A stretch of DNA of 64,000 nucleotides, from the NCBI GenBank assembly GCA_943350395.1, contig CALRAD010000003.1, positions 20,747 through 84,746 of the forward strand, in the 5' to 3' direction. The stretch is from Candidatus Peribacteria bacterium. GTDB taxonomy: Bacteria; Patescibacteriota; Gracilibacteria; Peribacterales; Peribacteraceae. Made by a program: the position numbers and the translations under genes. Below the pieces are notes generated by a model, which was not told where the DNA came from, made no database searches, and saw only the letters and a list, made by a program, of their open reading frames with translations. Positions within the stretch are counted from its first letter, which is position 1; the number at the start of each line of letters is the position of its first letter. Of this stretch, positions 29,119-37,795 are shown piece by piece.

Positions 29119-30882
29119 TTACGGAGCGTTTGCAATAGCCTTATTGAGATCTGCCTGATTGATTTGCCGTTTTACATTGGCATCGAAGCCGCCTTTGTTT
29201 ATTTCTGCGTGCAATGCTTGGAGCAACTGTTTTTCGTTTAATGCCTGTCCGCCAATCGTATTTTGGAGATCCTTGATTCCTGACTTATCGTTGAGGTGTA
29301 ACTTATTGATCGCTGCAACAATATTGGCGGTATTTCTACTATCGGCAACAAGGTTTGCTTGAACGGCAGGATTATTTGCTCCTGGAATCGGAACTTTATT
29401 CGGTTGCACAGGTGCTCCTCCATTATTCGCATTCCTGAGCTGATTGAGAAACTTCTGCGGACCACCGAGTACCTGTCCGAAGTTGACCTGCTTGCCACCA
29501 ATCGGAACAGGGAACGGGACTGCAAGTGGCAGCTGGTGTGCGATACCGAAGATGACATCGCCGAAGCCTTTGATTTTATCCGTGATCTTTCCGGTGATCG
29601 CACTTCTCCGAAGAGCCGTAAAGGCTCCGATCCAGATGATGCCGATGGCGGCAAAGATCCACATCAGTTCCCACCAGATATTGACTCCCGCAAGAAGCGG
29701 AACGCCGAAGGCTTGTCGGAACCCGGGGGGTGCCGGGATGACTGCGACAGTCGACAGCATGATGAAGCCGATGACAAACGGAATACCGACGACTGCAGGC
29801 AGGAACGCTGCATTGATGAATTCCTTCCAGAGGTCGATCTCGAAGCCGAAGAGATTCGTTCCAAGTTTTCCGGTGATCACGTATCCGAGAAAGGTAAACG
29901 GCATGAAGGCGATCGTCACCCAGAGGATGATAATGCGGATGAAGAGACCCACCACCAGTCCGAGGAGTGGCAGAACGAGGATCGCCTGGATCAGGGCCGT
30001 CATGAAGATATGAAGCACGAGGTTAAAGGTCGTTTGGAAAGCGGCAACGGCGCCACCTCCTCCACCCGCTCCGCCTCCGATACCTCTTGGAATTTGTCCG
30101 AGTGCCTGCACTTTCACGAAGCTTGTGGCAAGTCCGCTGACCATCGCATGAGCATTACCTTTTGTTAATTTTGCTTTTGTGTAGGGGATTTTTTGAAAGC
30201 AGAATGCAGGTGCAAAGTTACAGTTGCACGTTGGTGCAAGTGCAGGGGTATTACAGCCATTGAGGTTTTTCCACGTATTGATTGCTTGAGGAGGATTCGC
30301 CGGCAGCAGCGTATCTACAATCACATCGCAGGGTGTACCATCGAATTTTGTGCACGCAAATCCCGGGAGCATATCAGGGACGGAATACACGGTTGAGGTG
30401 AGCACGTTCGCTGCATCGATGATGACTCTGGGGAAGAACCACGAGAAATTGACGAGGACGACTGCAACGACGAACTGCCCCCACTTGTTTTTGATCAATT
30501 CGGACTTCGAGGTGACGATGGTGTAGAGAGCGACTCCGATCAGCATGAGCGCGAAAATGATGTTCATGATGTTCCGAGACAAGATCCAGATGCTGTTGAG
30601 TGATCCCATCATGATCGGATCATTGAAGAAGTTAGCCTGCAGGAGGTACTGCAGGAAGTTGAGCACGATAAAGATCAGAATTTGCAAAAAAGCATTGATG
30701 AACGCCAAATGGCTCATCATGTAGATAATCGGGTTTGCGCCGGGCGGTGCACCGACTCCGGCAAACGGTCCTGCGAACTGCGCAAGGGCGACTGGGATTC
30801 CCGATACCAGAGCAAGGGAACAAGCGCCTGCAAGGATGCAGAGAGTCAGTCCGCGATAGAAGAGTGTTTTGTGTGTGAACAT
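29119..30882 (-). CDS. VirB6/TrbL-like polytopic membrane protein (CPR type IV secretion-related)
   Basis: W..SRNIMNIIF...LVNFSWFFPRVIIDAAN, RIIILWVTIAFMPF and WKEFINAAF patterns; signal peptide. Confidence 0.7.
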   Translation of the reverse strand: MFTHKTLFYRGLTLCILAGACSLALVSGIPVALAQFAGPFAGVGAPPGANPIIYMMSHLAFINAFLQILIFIVLNFLQYLLQANFFNDPIMMGSLNSIWILSRNIMNIIFALMLIGVALYTIVTSKSELIKNKWGQFVVAVVLVNFSWFFPRVIIDAANVLTSTVYSVPDMLPGFACTKFDGTPCDVIVDTLLPANPPQAINTWKNLNGCNTPALAPTCNCNFAPAFCFQKIPYTKAKLTKGNAHAMVSGLATSFVKVQALGQIPRGIGGGAGGGGGAVAAFQTTFNLVLHIFMTALIQAILVLPLLGLVVGLFIRIIILWVTIAFMPFTFLGYVITGKLGTNLFGFEIDLWKEFINAAFLPAVVGIPFVIGFIMLSTVAVIPAPPGFRQAFGVPLLAGVNIWWELMWIFAAIGIIWIGAFTALRRSAITGKITDKIKGFGDVIFGIAHQLPLAVPFPVPIGGKQVNFGQVLGGPQKFLNQLRNANNGGAPVQPNKVPIPGANNPAVQANLVADSRNTANIVAAINKLHLNDKSGIKDLQNTIGGQALNEKQLLQALHAEINKGGFDANVKRQINQADLNKAIANAP

Positions 30883-31133
30883 TTCTCCTCATTATAGCAT
30901 AAAAAAGTGGGAAGGGAAAGGTTGAGGGAAGCGATACAGTTAAGACTGACGCAGATTATTTTCAGCAAAGAAATACTGAATACATTATTTGTTCAATAAG
31001 TAGTAAGATAGAAGGCTAAATAATCAGTCAAATGGCTTGCACAAAACAAAAGAATTTGTATACAAAAGTAGTACTAATAGACTGTACAATTTTCTTGCAC
31101 TATCCTCCTTAGGTGAGTAACATTTGTGAACAG

Positions 31134-31721
31134 ATGGTTCATGACGCACTTAAAGCACTGTTCTCCTCCCAGACAAGAGTGAAACTCCTCTCTGTGTTCC
31201 TTCTCCATCCGGAGGAGGAGTACTTCATCAGACAGCTTACGAGACTCTTAAATGAACAGATCAACTCGATTCGAAGGGAGCTCGAGAATCTTCGTCGTAT
31301 CGGACTCGTGAAGTCCAGGCACAAGAACCGGAAGAAGTACTACAAGGCGGATACGGATTTCCTTTTCTTCAATGAGCTCAAGACGATGTTCGGCAAAGAA
31401 GTGAGAGGAGGGGAGAGTGCGACCGTGGCATCTCTGAAGACACTCCCCGGATTGAAGTTTTTAGAGCTTGCCGGCAGTTTCGTCGGTACGCATAGCAAAG
31501 TGGACTTGCTTGTGGTCGGAGACATGAAGAAGGACGTTATCGAGCTTTTGTTGACCCAGGATCCGACGATGCGAAATGTGAAGTACTCACTGTTTTCGAA
31601 GGCGGACTTCCTCTATCGTCTGAGCCTTAGGGACAGGTTTATCCTCGAGATTGTCGATGACCCAAGGCACCTCGTTGCGCTCAATCACATCGAGAAGGAG
31701 ATGGAAGAGGCGAGGAAGTAG
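31134..31721 (+). CDS. Winged-HTH protein with degenerate nucleotidyltransferase-like C-terminal domain
   Basis: LFSSQTRVKLL...YFIRQLTR...SIRRELENLRRIGL (wHTH); AGSF...VDLLVVGD. Confidence 0.8.
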   Translation: MVHDALKALFSSQTRVKLLSVFLLHPEEEYFIRQLTRLLNEQINSIRRELENLRRIGLVKSRHKNRKKYYKADTDFLFFNELKTMFGKEVRGGESATVASLKTLPGLKFLELAGSFVGTHSKVDLLVVGDMKKDVIELLLTQDPTMRNVKYSLFSKADFLYRLSLRDRFILEIVDDPRHLVALNHIEKEMEEARK

Positions 31722-31726
31722 CGTAC

Positions 31727-31834
31727 TTCTCGATACGCCCCGCTGATGCGGGACTACTCGAAGTGACACAGTGCTACATGAGCTTGGATGTGTCAGTTCG
31801 AGTAGCCAGAGCCGAAGCGAGGGCGTATCGAGAA
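31727..31834. repeat. Inverted pair of REP-like elements (TCTCGATACG...CTACTCGAA type)
   Basis: TTCTCGATACGCCC...CTACTCGAAGTGACACA ... TGTGTCAGTTCGAGTAG...GGGCGTATCGAGAA. Confidence 0.8.
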
Positions 31835-31877
31835 CCCCTTTACACTTCTTTCTCTATTCTCTAAAATCCTTCAGCTC

Positions 31878-32315
31878 ATGACAGGTATCGCACTTTTTTC
31901 GCAGGCTGAGAAGATGATGAAGGGTCGCCCCGAGATTCGTCCCGGGTTTACGGTTCGTGTTCACCAAAAGGTGCAGGAAGGCGACAAAGAGCGTATCCAG
32001 ATCTTCGAGGGACTCGTGATCGGCATTCACAAAGGTCACAGTCCGTCTGACTATAATTTCACGGTTCGTCGCATCGCTTCCGGTGTCGGAGTCGAGAGGA
32101 TTTTCCCTCTCCATTCTTCGATGATCGAGAAGATCGAGGTGAAGAAGATCGCCAAAGTTCGCAGAGCGAAACTCAACTTCCTGCGCGCAAGGAGCAACAA
32201 GAGTGCGCGTCTGAGCGAGCGATTCACGAATTCCGAAGATTTTGCGGTAGCAGCAGCACCGGCAGCAGTCGTGGAGGTTCCGAAGGCGGAAGAGATGACG
32301 GAGGCTGCGAAATAG
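31878..32315 (+). CDS. rplS: 50S ribosomal protein L19
   Basis: Motifs [43 protein letters not shown]. Confidence 0.97.
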   Translation: MTGIALFSQAEKMMKGRPEIRPGFTVRVHQKVQEGDKERIQIFEGLVIGIHKGHSPSDYNFTVRRIASGVGVERIFPLHSSMIEKIEVKKIAKVRRAKLNFLRARSNKSARLSERFTNSEDFAVAAAPAAVVEVPKAEEMTEAAK

Positions 32316-32355
32316 TTGCTGACTCTATGCACTCGAGGGGTGGTAGACTCTTTGC

Positions 32356-33312
32356 ATGCGTTGCATCCTGATTGGGAACTACGGTGTCGGCAATATCGGT
32401 GACGAAGCATTGATGGCGTACTTCCTCCGTGCATTTCCAGACATCGATTGGATCATTGTCACCGCTTCTCCAAAGGGAGAGAGAGAAGTACCGCGTTTGC
32501 CGCTTGGTTTCCGTTCGTTCTTCAGACCGTGGGGGAAAACACTGCAAGCGATAGCGAGAGCCGATGCTGTTGTTTTTGGCGGAGGATCGCTGTTTACGGA
32601 TAGCGAATCGGTCTTTGCATGCGTGCTCTGGTGGTGGCATGCATCGGTTGCTCGTCTCTTCAGGAAACCTGTATTTCTAGCTTTTCAGGGCGTTGGACCG
32701 TTTCGGACATCATTTGCGGAGTGGCTTGCACGATCAGCATTCAGGTCAGCTGCGTTCGTTTCCGTTCGTGACAGTGCTTCGTTTCGACGAGTGCAATTGT
32801 GGAATATGCATGCGACTCCGGTACAGACTTTTGATCCGGTTTTTATGTTGTTCGCGCGAAAGAAGCCCGTACCATCTCCCAAAAAAATTCTCACGATTAT
32901 TCCGCGCGGACGCTCGAACGACGCATTCTTTACGGAAGTCAGCTTGGTTTCTCGGCGTCCGTTCGATCAGCTTCGGATTGTACTGATGCAGCCGAGTGCA
33001 CAGGAGCGTGCGATGGCTGAGAGGATCAAAGCAGCAGCGCCCATTGAATCCGTTGTTGTTCCCGTACTGTCTCCAGAGCAATTGCTCGACGAAATTTCGA
33101 TGTCGAGTCAGGTGATCACTCAGCGATATCACGGTGCACTTGCAGCTCTCGCCGTTGGCATTCCCGTGACGATTGTGCCGCAGGTGAGTGGTGACAAGCT
33201 TTGGGAGCTTCGGGAGATGCAGCATGATCCGCAGAAATTTGCGGAACTTCTGAGGCGCGGAGAAGACGCAATGGCAAAGGCGCTCCCATGTGCTGTACAC
33301 TTTCTTCAATGA
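32356..33312 (+). CDS. Polysaccharide pyruvyl transferase family protein (CsaB-like)
   Basis: Motifs GNYGVGNIGDEA, FGGGSLF, QGVGP, SVRD..S, RYHG. Confidence 0.9.
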   Translation: MRCILIGNYGVGNIGDEALMAYFLRAFPDIDWIIVTASPKGEREVPRLPLGFRSFFRPWGKTLQAIARADAVVFGGGSLFTDSESVFACVLWWWHASVARLFRKPVFLAFQGVGPFRTSFAEWLARSAFRSAAFVSVRDSASFRRVQLWNMHATPVQTFDPVFMLFARKKPVPSPKKILTIIPRGRSNDAFFTEVSLVSRRPFDQLRIVLMQPSAQERAMAERIKAAAPIESVVVPVLSPEQLLDEISMSSQVITQRYHGALAALAVGIPVTIVPQVSGDKLWELREMQHDPQKFAELLRRGEDAMAKALPCAVHFLQ

Positions 33313-33728
33313 ATACGTTGTATTTCTTACAGATCTCGGAGAAGGCAGCATTCGATCGTCTGCCGGATGCTTTGAAAGAAGGCTGGAAGATTGCGACGAG
33401 TGCGGGAGGAAAGACCGGCGATACTCCGGAGAGATGCTTGCTGCGTGCAAGTCTGATCCGCCTGCATGATCCTGTCCTCAGAAATTTCCTAGACAAAGCA
33501 AAAACGTGCAACACCGAGAAAGAACTTGCAGTCCTCTTCTCACGCATCGATCTCGGATCGGTTCATCCTGATGATCTACTCGAACTTGTCTTTGCTCTTG
33601 GGCCCGACGCACTTTCCGGCATCATTCTGCAGCTGCTGACGTCTGCGAAGACCGATCAGGATGTGCTCGGGATCGCAGCGCTCTCGTTTCTTCGCGAAGA
33701 ACTTTTTGCCGCTTCCGCCGCTTCATGA
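33309..33728 (+). CDS. Hypothetical protein
   Basis: ATGA overlaps with both the upstream and downstream genes. Confidence 0.65.
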   Translation: MNTLYFLQISEKAAFDRLPDALKEGWKIATSAGGKTGDTPERCLLRASLIRLHDPVLRNFLDKAKTCNTEKELAVLFSRIDLGSVHPDDLLELVFALGPDALSGIILQLLTSAKTDQDVLGIAALSFLREELFAASAAS

Positions 33729-34579
33729 GTCCTTCCTTCGATCAGCCTCAGGCAGTTCCCGAGCATTTTGTTCCGACACCCGAGAGATTGTCTGGGTTCT
33801 CGTTTCTCGAACTCAAGCAGGAAGAGGCACGCGATCTTCTGATGAGTGTTCAGGGGAGAAAAGAATTGCTCGAAAGAATTTTGCCTCATGCGACCGACAT
33901 CAAGAATCTTCATCCGGATTTCGACCTTCAACGTCTGCCGAAGCAATTGGAAGAGGTTTCACTCTTGATGAATGAGCACACAAAGCTCTTCGAAGCTGCC
34001 AATTCGAAAGAGAAAAAATCGCTGTTCCAGCGTGCGATACAGACCATCAAAGAGTTTCCGAAGAATCATCCGTTTCTCACGGCAATTCTGGGCATTGCGC
34101 TTCTGACGGCAGGCTTGATCAGACTGGGGTATATCAAGCTTCCCAATTTCAGCGGGGGCTTTGGCTTTGGACAGAGCGGTGGAGGCGCACTGAGTGCAGA
34201 AAAAGCAGCCGATGCCACTGCGAATGCCCTCGGTGCTGCCGAAAATGCCGTAGGTCAGCAAGAAGCTGCTGCTTTGCCTGAGCTTTTCCAGCGTGCCATC
34301 AAGGCAGCCGAGGCTCTTTCTCCCGGCCCCAATGACTTTATTGTTGCGGATCGTCAGATTCTCTTCGGCGGTAACGTCTATGATGCTTCGAATCTGGAGT
34401 CACTCGCTGAAGCGCTGCAAACTTCCGAGATAGGAAATGCGGCAACCATTCGTATTCTTCGGGATTCTTCCGCACGTGTGACGGCATGGCAGAATCTCCA
34501 ATCATTTTTGGTGAACGATCTGAAGATTCCGTCTGAGAAAGTGGTGCTCGTCAAAGATCTTTTGCAGAGTCCGGAATGA
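33725..34579 (+). CDS. Hypothetical single-TM protein
   Basis: Central TM segment LTAILGIALLTAGLI followed by a Gly/Ala-rich linker. Confidence 0.75.
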   Translation: MSPSFDQPQAVPEHFVPTPERLSGFSFLELKQEEARDLLMSVQGRKELLERILPHATDIKNLHPDFDLQRLPKQLEEVSLLMNEHTKLFEAANSKEKKSLFQRAIQTIKEFPKNHPFLTAILGIALLTAGLIRLGYIKLPNFSGGFGFGQSGGGALSAEKAADATANALGAAENAVGQQEAAALPELFQRAIKAAEALSPGPNDFIVADRQILFGGNVYDASNLESLAEALQTSEIGNAATIRILRDSSARVTAWQNLQSFLVNDLKIPSEKVVLVKDLLQSPE

Positions 34580-34638
34580 AGCTGTAGTCGCTGAATTTTC
34601 GCATATTCTTGCGGTGCAGGACATGCTATTCTTTCGTC

Positions 34639-36459
34639 ATGCATCGCCGCAACTTCTGCATTATTGCTCACATCGATCACGGGAAATCGACGCTGTCCGA
34701 TCGGATGATGGCGATGACCGGGACATTGCAGAAACGAGAATTGAAAGAACAACACCTCGATTCCATGGATTTGGAACGGGAGCGCGGCATTACGATCAAA
34801 CTGACGCCCGTGCGGATGAATTATAAAGGCACAGAACTGAATCTGATCGATACGCCGGGACATACGGATTTTCGGTATGAAGTGAGCAGGTCTCTTGCGG
34901 CATGCGAAGGAGCGATCTTGCTTGTCGACGCTTCACAAGGCATCCAGGCGCAGACGCTTGCGGTGCTGTACATGGCGATGGAACACAATCTTGTCATTAT
35001 TCCGGTACTGAACAAGATCGATCTGCCTGCATCGGATCCCGAGCGAGTCAGCAACGAAGTCATCAAGATGCTTGGCTGCAAAAAAGAGGATATTCTGAAA
35101 ATTTCCGCGAAAGAGGGGACGGGAGTCGATGCCGTTTTGCAGGCAGTGATCGATCGTATTCCGGCTCCTCCCGGCCAAAACAGTAATGCGACGCAAACTG
35201 CGCGCGCACTGATTTTCGATGCTGTGATGGACGAATATCGCGGTGCGGTTTCCTATGTCCGCGTCGTCGAAGGTGAATTCAGGAAGGGTGTGAAGGCAAG
35301 ATTGCTCGGATCGAAAGTGGATTTCGAAGTGCAGGACGTCGGTTACTTCTCGCCGAAGTATATTTCGGATTCTTCGCTCATCGCAGGGCAAATCGGGTAC
35401 ATCGTCACGGGACTCAAGAACGTTGCCGAAGCGCGAGTGGGAGACACGATTTCATCGAATCCCGAATCGCTTCCGCTCCCCGGTTACAAAACTGTTCAGC
35501 CGATGGTGTTTGCAGGCCTGTATCCGATTCAGGCTGACGATTATCCGAAACTCCGAGACTCGCTTGAAAAACTTTCCCTCAACGACGCGGCGGTCGACAT
35601 CAGTTACGAACACAACACAGCGCTCGGAAATGGCTTCCGTTGCGGGTTTTTAGGACTGCTCCACATGGACATCATTCAGGAGAGACTCGAGCGCGAGTAC
35701 GGATGCGAGCTCATCATCACCGCACCGAGCGTACTGTATGAAGTGAAACTGAAAGCCGCTCGGCCCGCTTCTGTTGTGCGTGCCAGTCTTCTGCAGGTCG
35801 ATGATCCGACTGTTGCACTCATCAGCAATCCGGCTGAGCTTCCCGATCCCACGTACATCGACGAAGTGCGAGAGCCGTGGGTGCGACTCGAGATCGTGTG
35901 CAGAAGACAGGATGTGGGACCCGCGATGCAGTTGGTGCAGGATCGCCGCGGTATTTATTTGTCGCTTGAATACATCGATGATGACAGAGCGCTCATGCAT
36001 TTCGAGGTACCGCTCGCGTCGATCGTTCTGGATTTCTTTGACAAGCTGAAGTCGGCATCGTCCGGGTACGCGTCTCTGAGTTACGAACATCTCGGGTACA
36101 GAGCCGGTGATCTCGTGAAGATGAGCATTCTTCTTCTCGGAGAACCGTCGGATGCCCTCAGTCTCATCATCCACCGGTTGGAGGCGCACGATGTCGGCGA
36201 CAAAATCTGCAAACAGCTGAAAGAGGTGATTCCGAAGGCACAGTTCCAAATCCCGATTCAGGCGGCGATTGGAAGCAAGGTCGTTGCGAGAGAGGACATC
36301 GCGGCTCTCAGGAAAGACGTGACAGGGTATCTCTACGGAGGTGACCGCAGCCGCAAAGACAAACTTCTTGATAAACAAAAACGAGGAAAGAAGCGAATGA
36401 AACAGATGGGGAGAGTCACGCTCAGTCAGGAGGCGTTTTTGGCTGTGCTGAAGAGGTAG
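34639..36459 (+). CDS. lepA: Elongation factor 4 (LepA)
   Basis: Motifs RNFCIIAHIDHGKST, DTPGH, GFRCGFLGLLH, KDV...YGGD.SRK.KLL.KQK.GKKRMK. Confidence 0.98.
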   Translation: MHRRNFCIIAHIDHGKSTLSDRMMAMTGTLQKRELKEQHLDSMDLERERGITIKLTPVRMNYKGTELNLIDTPGHTDFRYEVSRSLAACEGAILLVDASQGIQAQTLAVLYMAMEHNLVIIPVLNKIDLPASDPERVSNEVIKMLGCKKEDILKISAKEGTGVDAVLQAVIDRIPAPPGQNSNATQTARALIFDAVMDEYRGAVSYVRVVEGEFRKGVKARLLGSKVDFEVQDVGYFSPKYISDSSLIAGQIGYIVTGLKNVAEARVGDTISSNPESLPLPGYKTVQPMVFAGLYPIQADDYPKLRDSLEKLSLNDAAVDISYEHNTALGNGFRCGFLGLLHMDIIQERLEREYGCELIITAPSVLYEVKLKAARPASVVRASLLQVDDPTVALISNPAELPDPTYIDEVREPWVRLEIVCRRQDVGPAMQLVQDRRGIYLSLEYIDDDRALMHFEVPLASIVLDFFDKLKSASSGYASLSYEHLGYRAGDLVKMSILLLGEPSDALSLIIHRLEAHDVGDKICKQLKEVIPKAQFQIPIQAAIGSKVVAREDIAALRKDVTGYLYGGDRSRKDKLLDKQKRGKKRMKQMGRVTLSQEAFLAVLKR

Positions 36460-36529
36460 AGACGCCCCGCTGGGGCGTCTAAAGAACAAGCTGCGAGCAC
36501 TGTGAGACGCTCCAGCGGAGCGTCTCTAC
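36456..36529. repeat. GTAG-family REP doublet (REPIN-like)
   Basis: GTAG-AGACGCCCC-GCT-GGGGCGTCT, 23-nt spacer, then inverted GAGACGCTCC-AGC-GGAGCGTCTC-TAC. Confidence 0.85.
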
Positions 36530-36549
36530 AAAACGATCAATCCTCTTTA

Positions 36550-37254
36550 CTATTCATCTTTTTCTTCCTCCTGATTCGGATTCTGTTCTTCTCTGATTCT
36601 TGCAAAATATTGCTCCATCGTTTCCATGTGCGGCTCGATGACGTCTTGAAGAATTTTGATCGTGAGCGGTTGAAGTTCTTCAAAGGGGATGAGCATTTTC
36701 TGTTGCTCGAAAAAATCCACGAGCACGAATGTCGAGAGCTGGAGCACCGTTCCGTCGATGTTGTCTTCGTCGACCATCAGCTTACTGAGGATTTTCTCCG
36801 TATCAGTCGTCATCACGAGGCTCAGGCGCCCGATCCAGAGAAACAGCTCGTTTCGAACTTCCGGACTGAGATCATTCTGCCCGTCCCGAAGAATGCGGCT
36901 CTCCGGCAGATCGAGGACGATCTTGTGTTCGACGATGTACTCCTCCACTGCTTCTCTCGAGGGTGGGTGGATCAGAGAGAGGATGGCGAGAATAAACACG
37001 GACGGACAGTCGCGTGCGGCGAGGCGTGAAATGAGCTGGAAAAAATGTGCGTAATGTTCGTCACTGAGAAACTGACGGATGGTTGCCGCTACACGGTCGT
37101 CACGTTTCCTCGCCTTCTTCTCGTCTCGAGCCATTTGCTTGCTCTGAGCAGCACCCGCAGCAAATTGTTCTCTGGCCTGCTCGGAAGCCTGCTCCGATAC
37201 ATGACCGGTGCCTTCATCCGGCGTTGCCGATTCGGGACCTGAGAAACCTTGCAT
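36550..37254 (-). CDS. Hypothetical protein
   Basis: Start MQGFSGPE lies just downstream of rplI; helical and acidic. Confidence 0.75.
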   Translation of the reverse strand: MQGFSGPESATPDEGTGHVSEQASEQAREQFAAGAAQSKQMARDEKKARKRDDRVAATIRQFLSDEHYAHFFQLISRLAARDCPSVFILAILSLIHPPSREAVEEYIVEHKIVLDLPESRILRDGQNDLSPEVRNELFLWIGRLSLVMTTDTEKILSKLMVDEDNIDGTVLQLSTFVLVDFFEQQKMLIPFEELQPLTIKILQDVIEPHMETMEQYFARIREEQNPNQEEEKDE

Positions 37255-37264
37255 AGGGAGTGAG

Positions 37265-37720
37265 TTATTTCGCTGCCTCCTCAGCTCTGATCTCAACGGA
37301 CATCTTGATAGTCTGCGTTCCAACTGTCAGTTCCACCGAGTGCATACCAATTGCTTTGATGGGGTTCTGAATGACGATTGCATCGGCAGCAATAGTAGCA
37401 CTGTGTTCTTTCTTGATGGCCTCCGCGATGGCAGATGCCGTCACGGCTGCGTAGAGCTTTCCAGCGGTGCTGACCTTTGCTGCAATGTGCACCGTCTTTC
37501 CGCCAAGAGCAGAGGAGAGGGACGATTGCATTTCTCTCTCCTTCTCACGTTCCAACGCGCGGACTTTTATTTGTTCAGCGTAGCGCTTTCGCACGTTTGG
37601 AGTGACCACGAGAGCCTTGCGACCCGGGAGGAGAAAATTGAGGGCAAAGCCGCTCTTTACGATGATGAGATCGTTTTTTTTACCGATGCCGAGTATGTCG
37701 GTGAGGAGTAGAACTTCCAT
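37265..37720 (-). CDS. rplI: 50S ribosomal protein L9
   Basis: MEVLLLTDILGIGKKNDLIIVKSGFALNFLLP, GKLYAAV, PIKAIG.H.V. Confidence 0.95.
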   Translation of the reverse strand: MEVLLLTDILGIGKKNDLIIVKSGFALNFLLPGRKALVVTPNVRKRYAEQIKVRALEREKEREMQSSLSSALGGKTVHIAAKVSTAGKLYAAVTASAIAEAIKKEHSATIAADAIVIQNPIKAIGMHSVELTVGTQTIKMSVEIRAEEAAK

Positions 37721-37795
37721 TGGATGATGATGCAAGCGATTTCCTCGCCTGAAGCCGAAAGATCATAGGCAAACTTTGGTTCTAGCACAAGGGAA

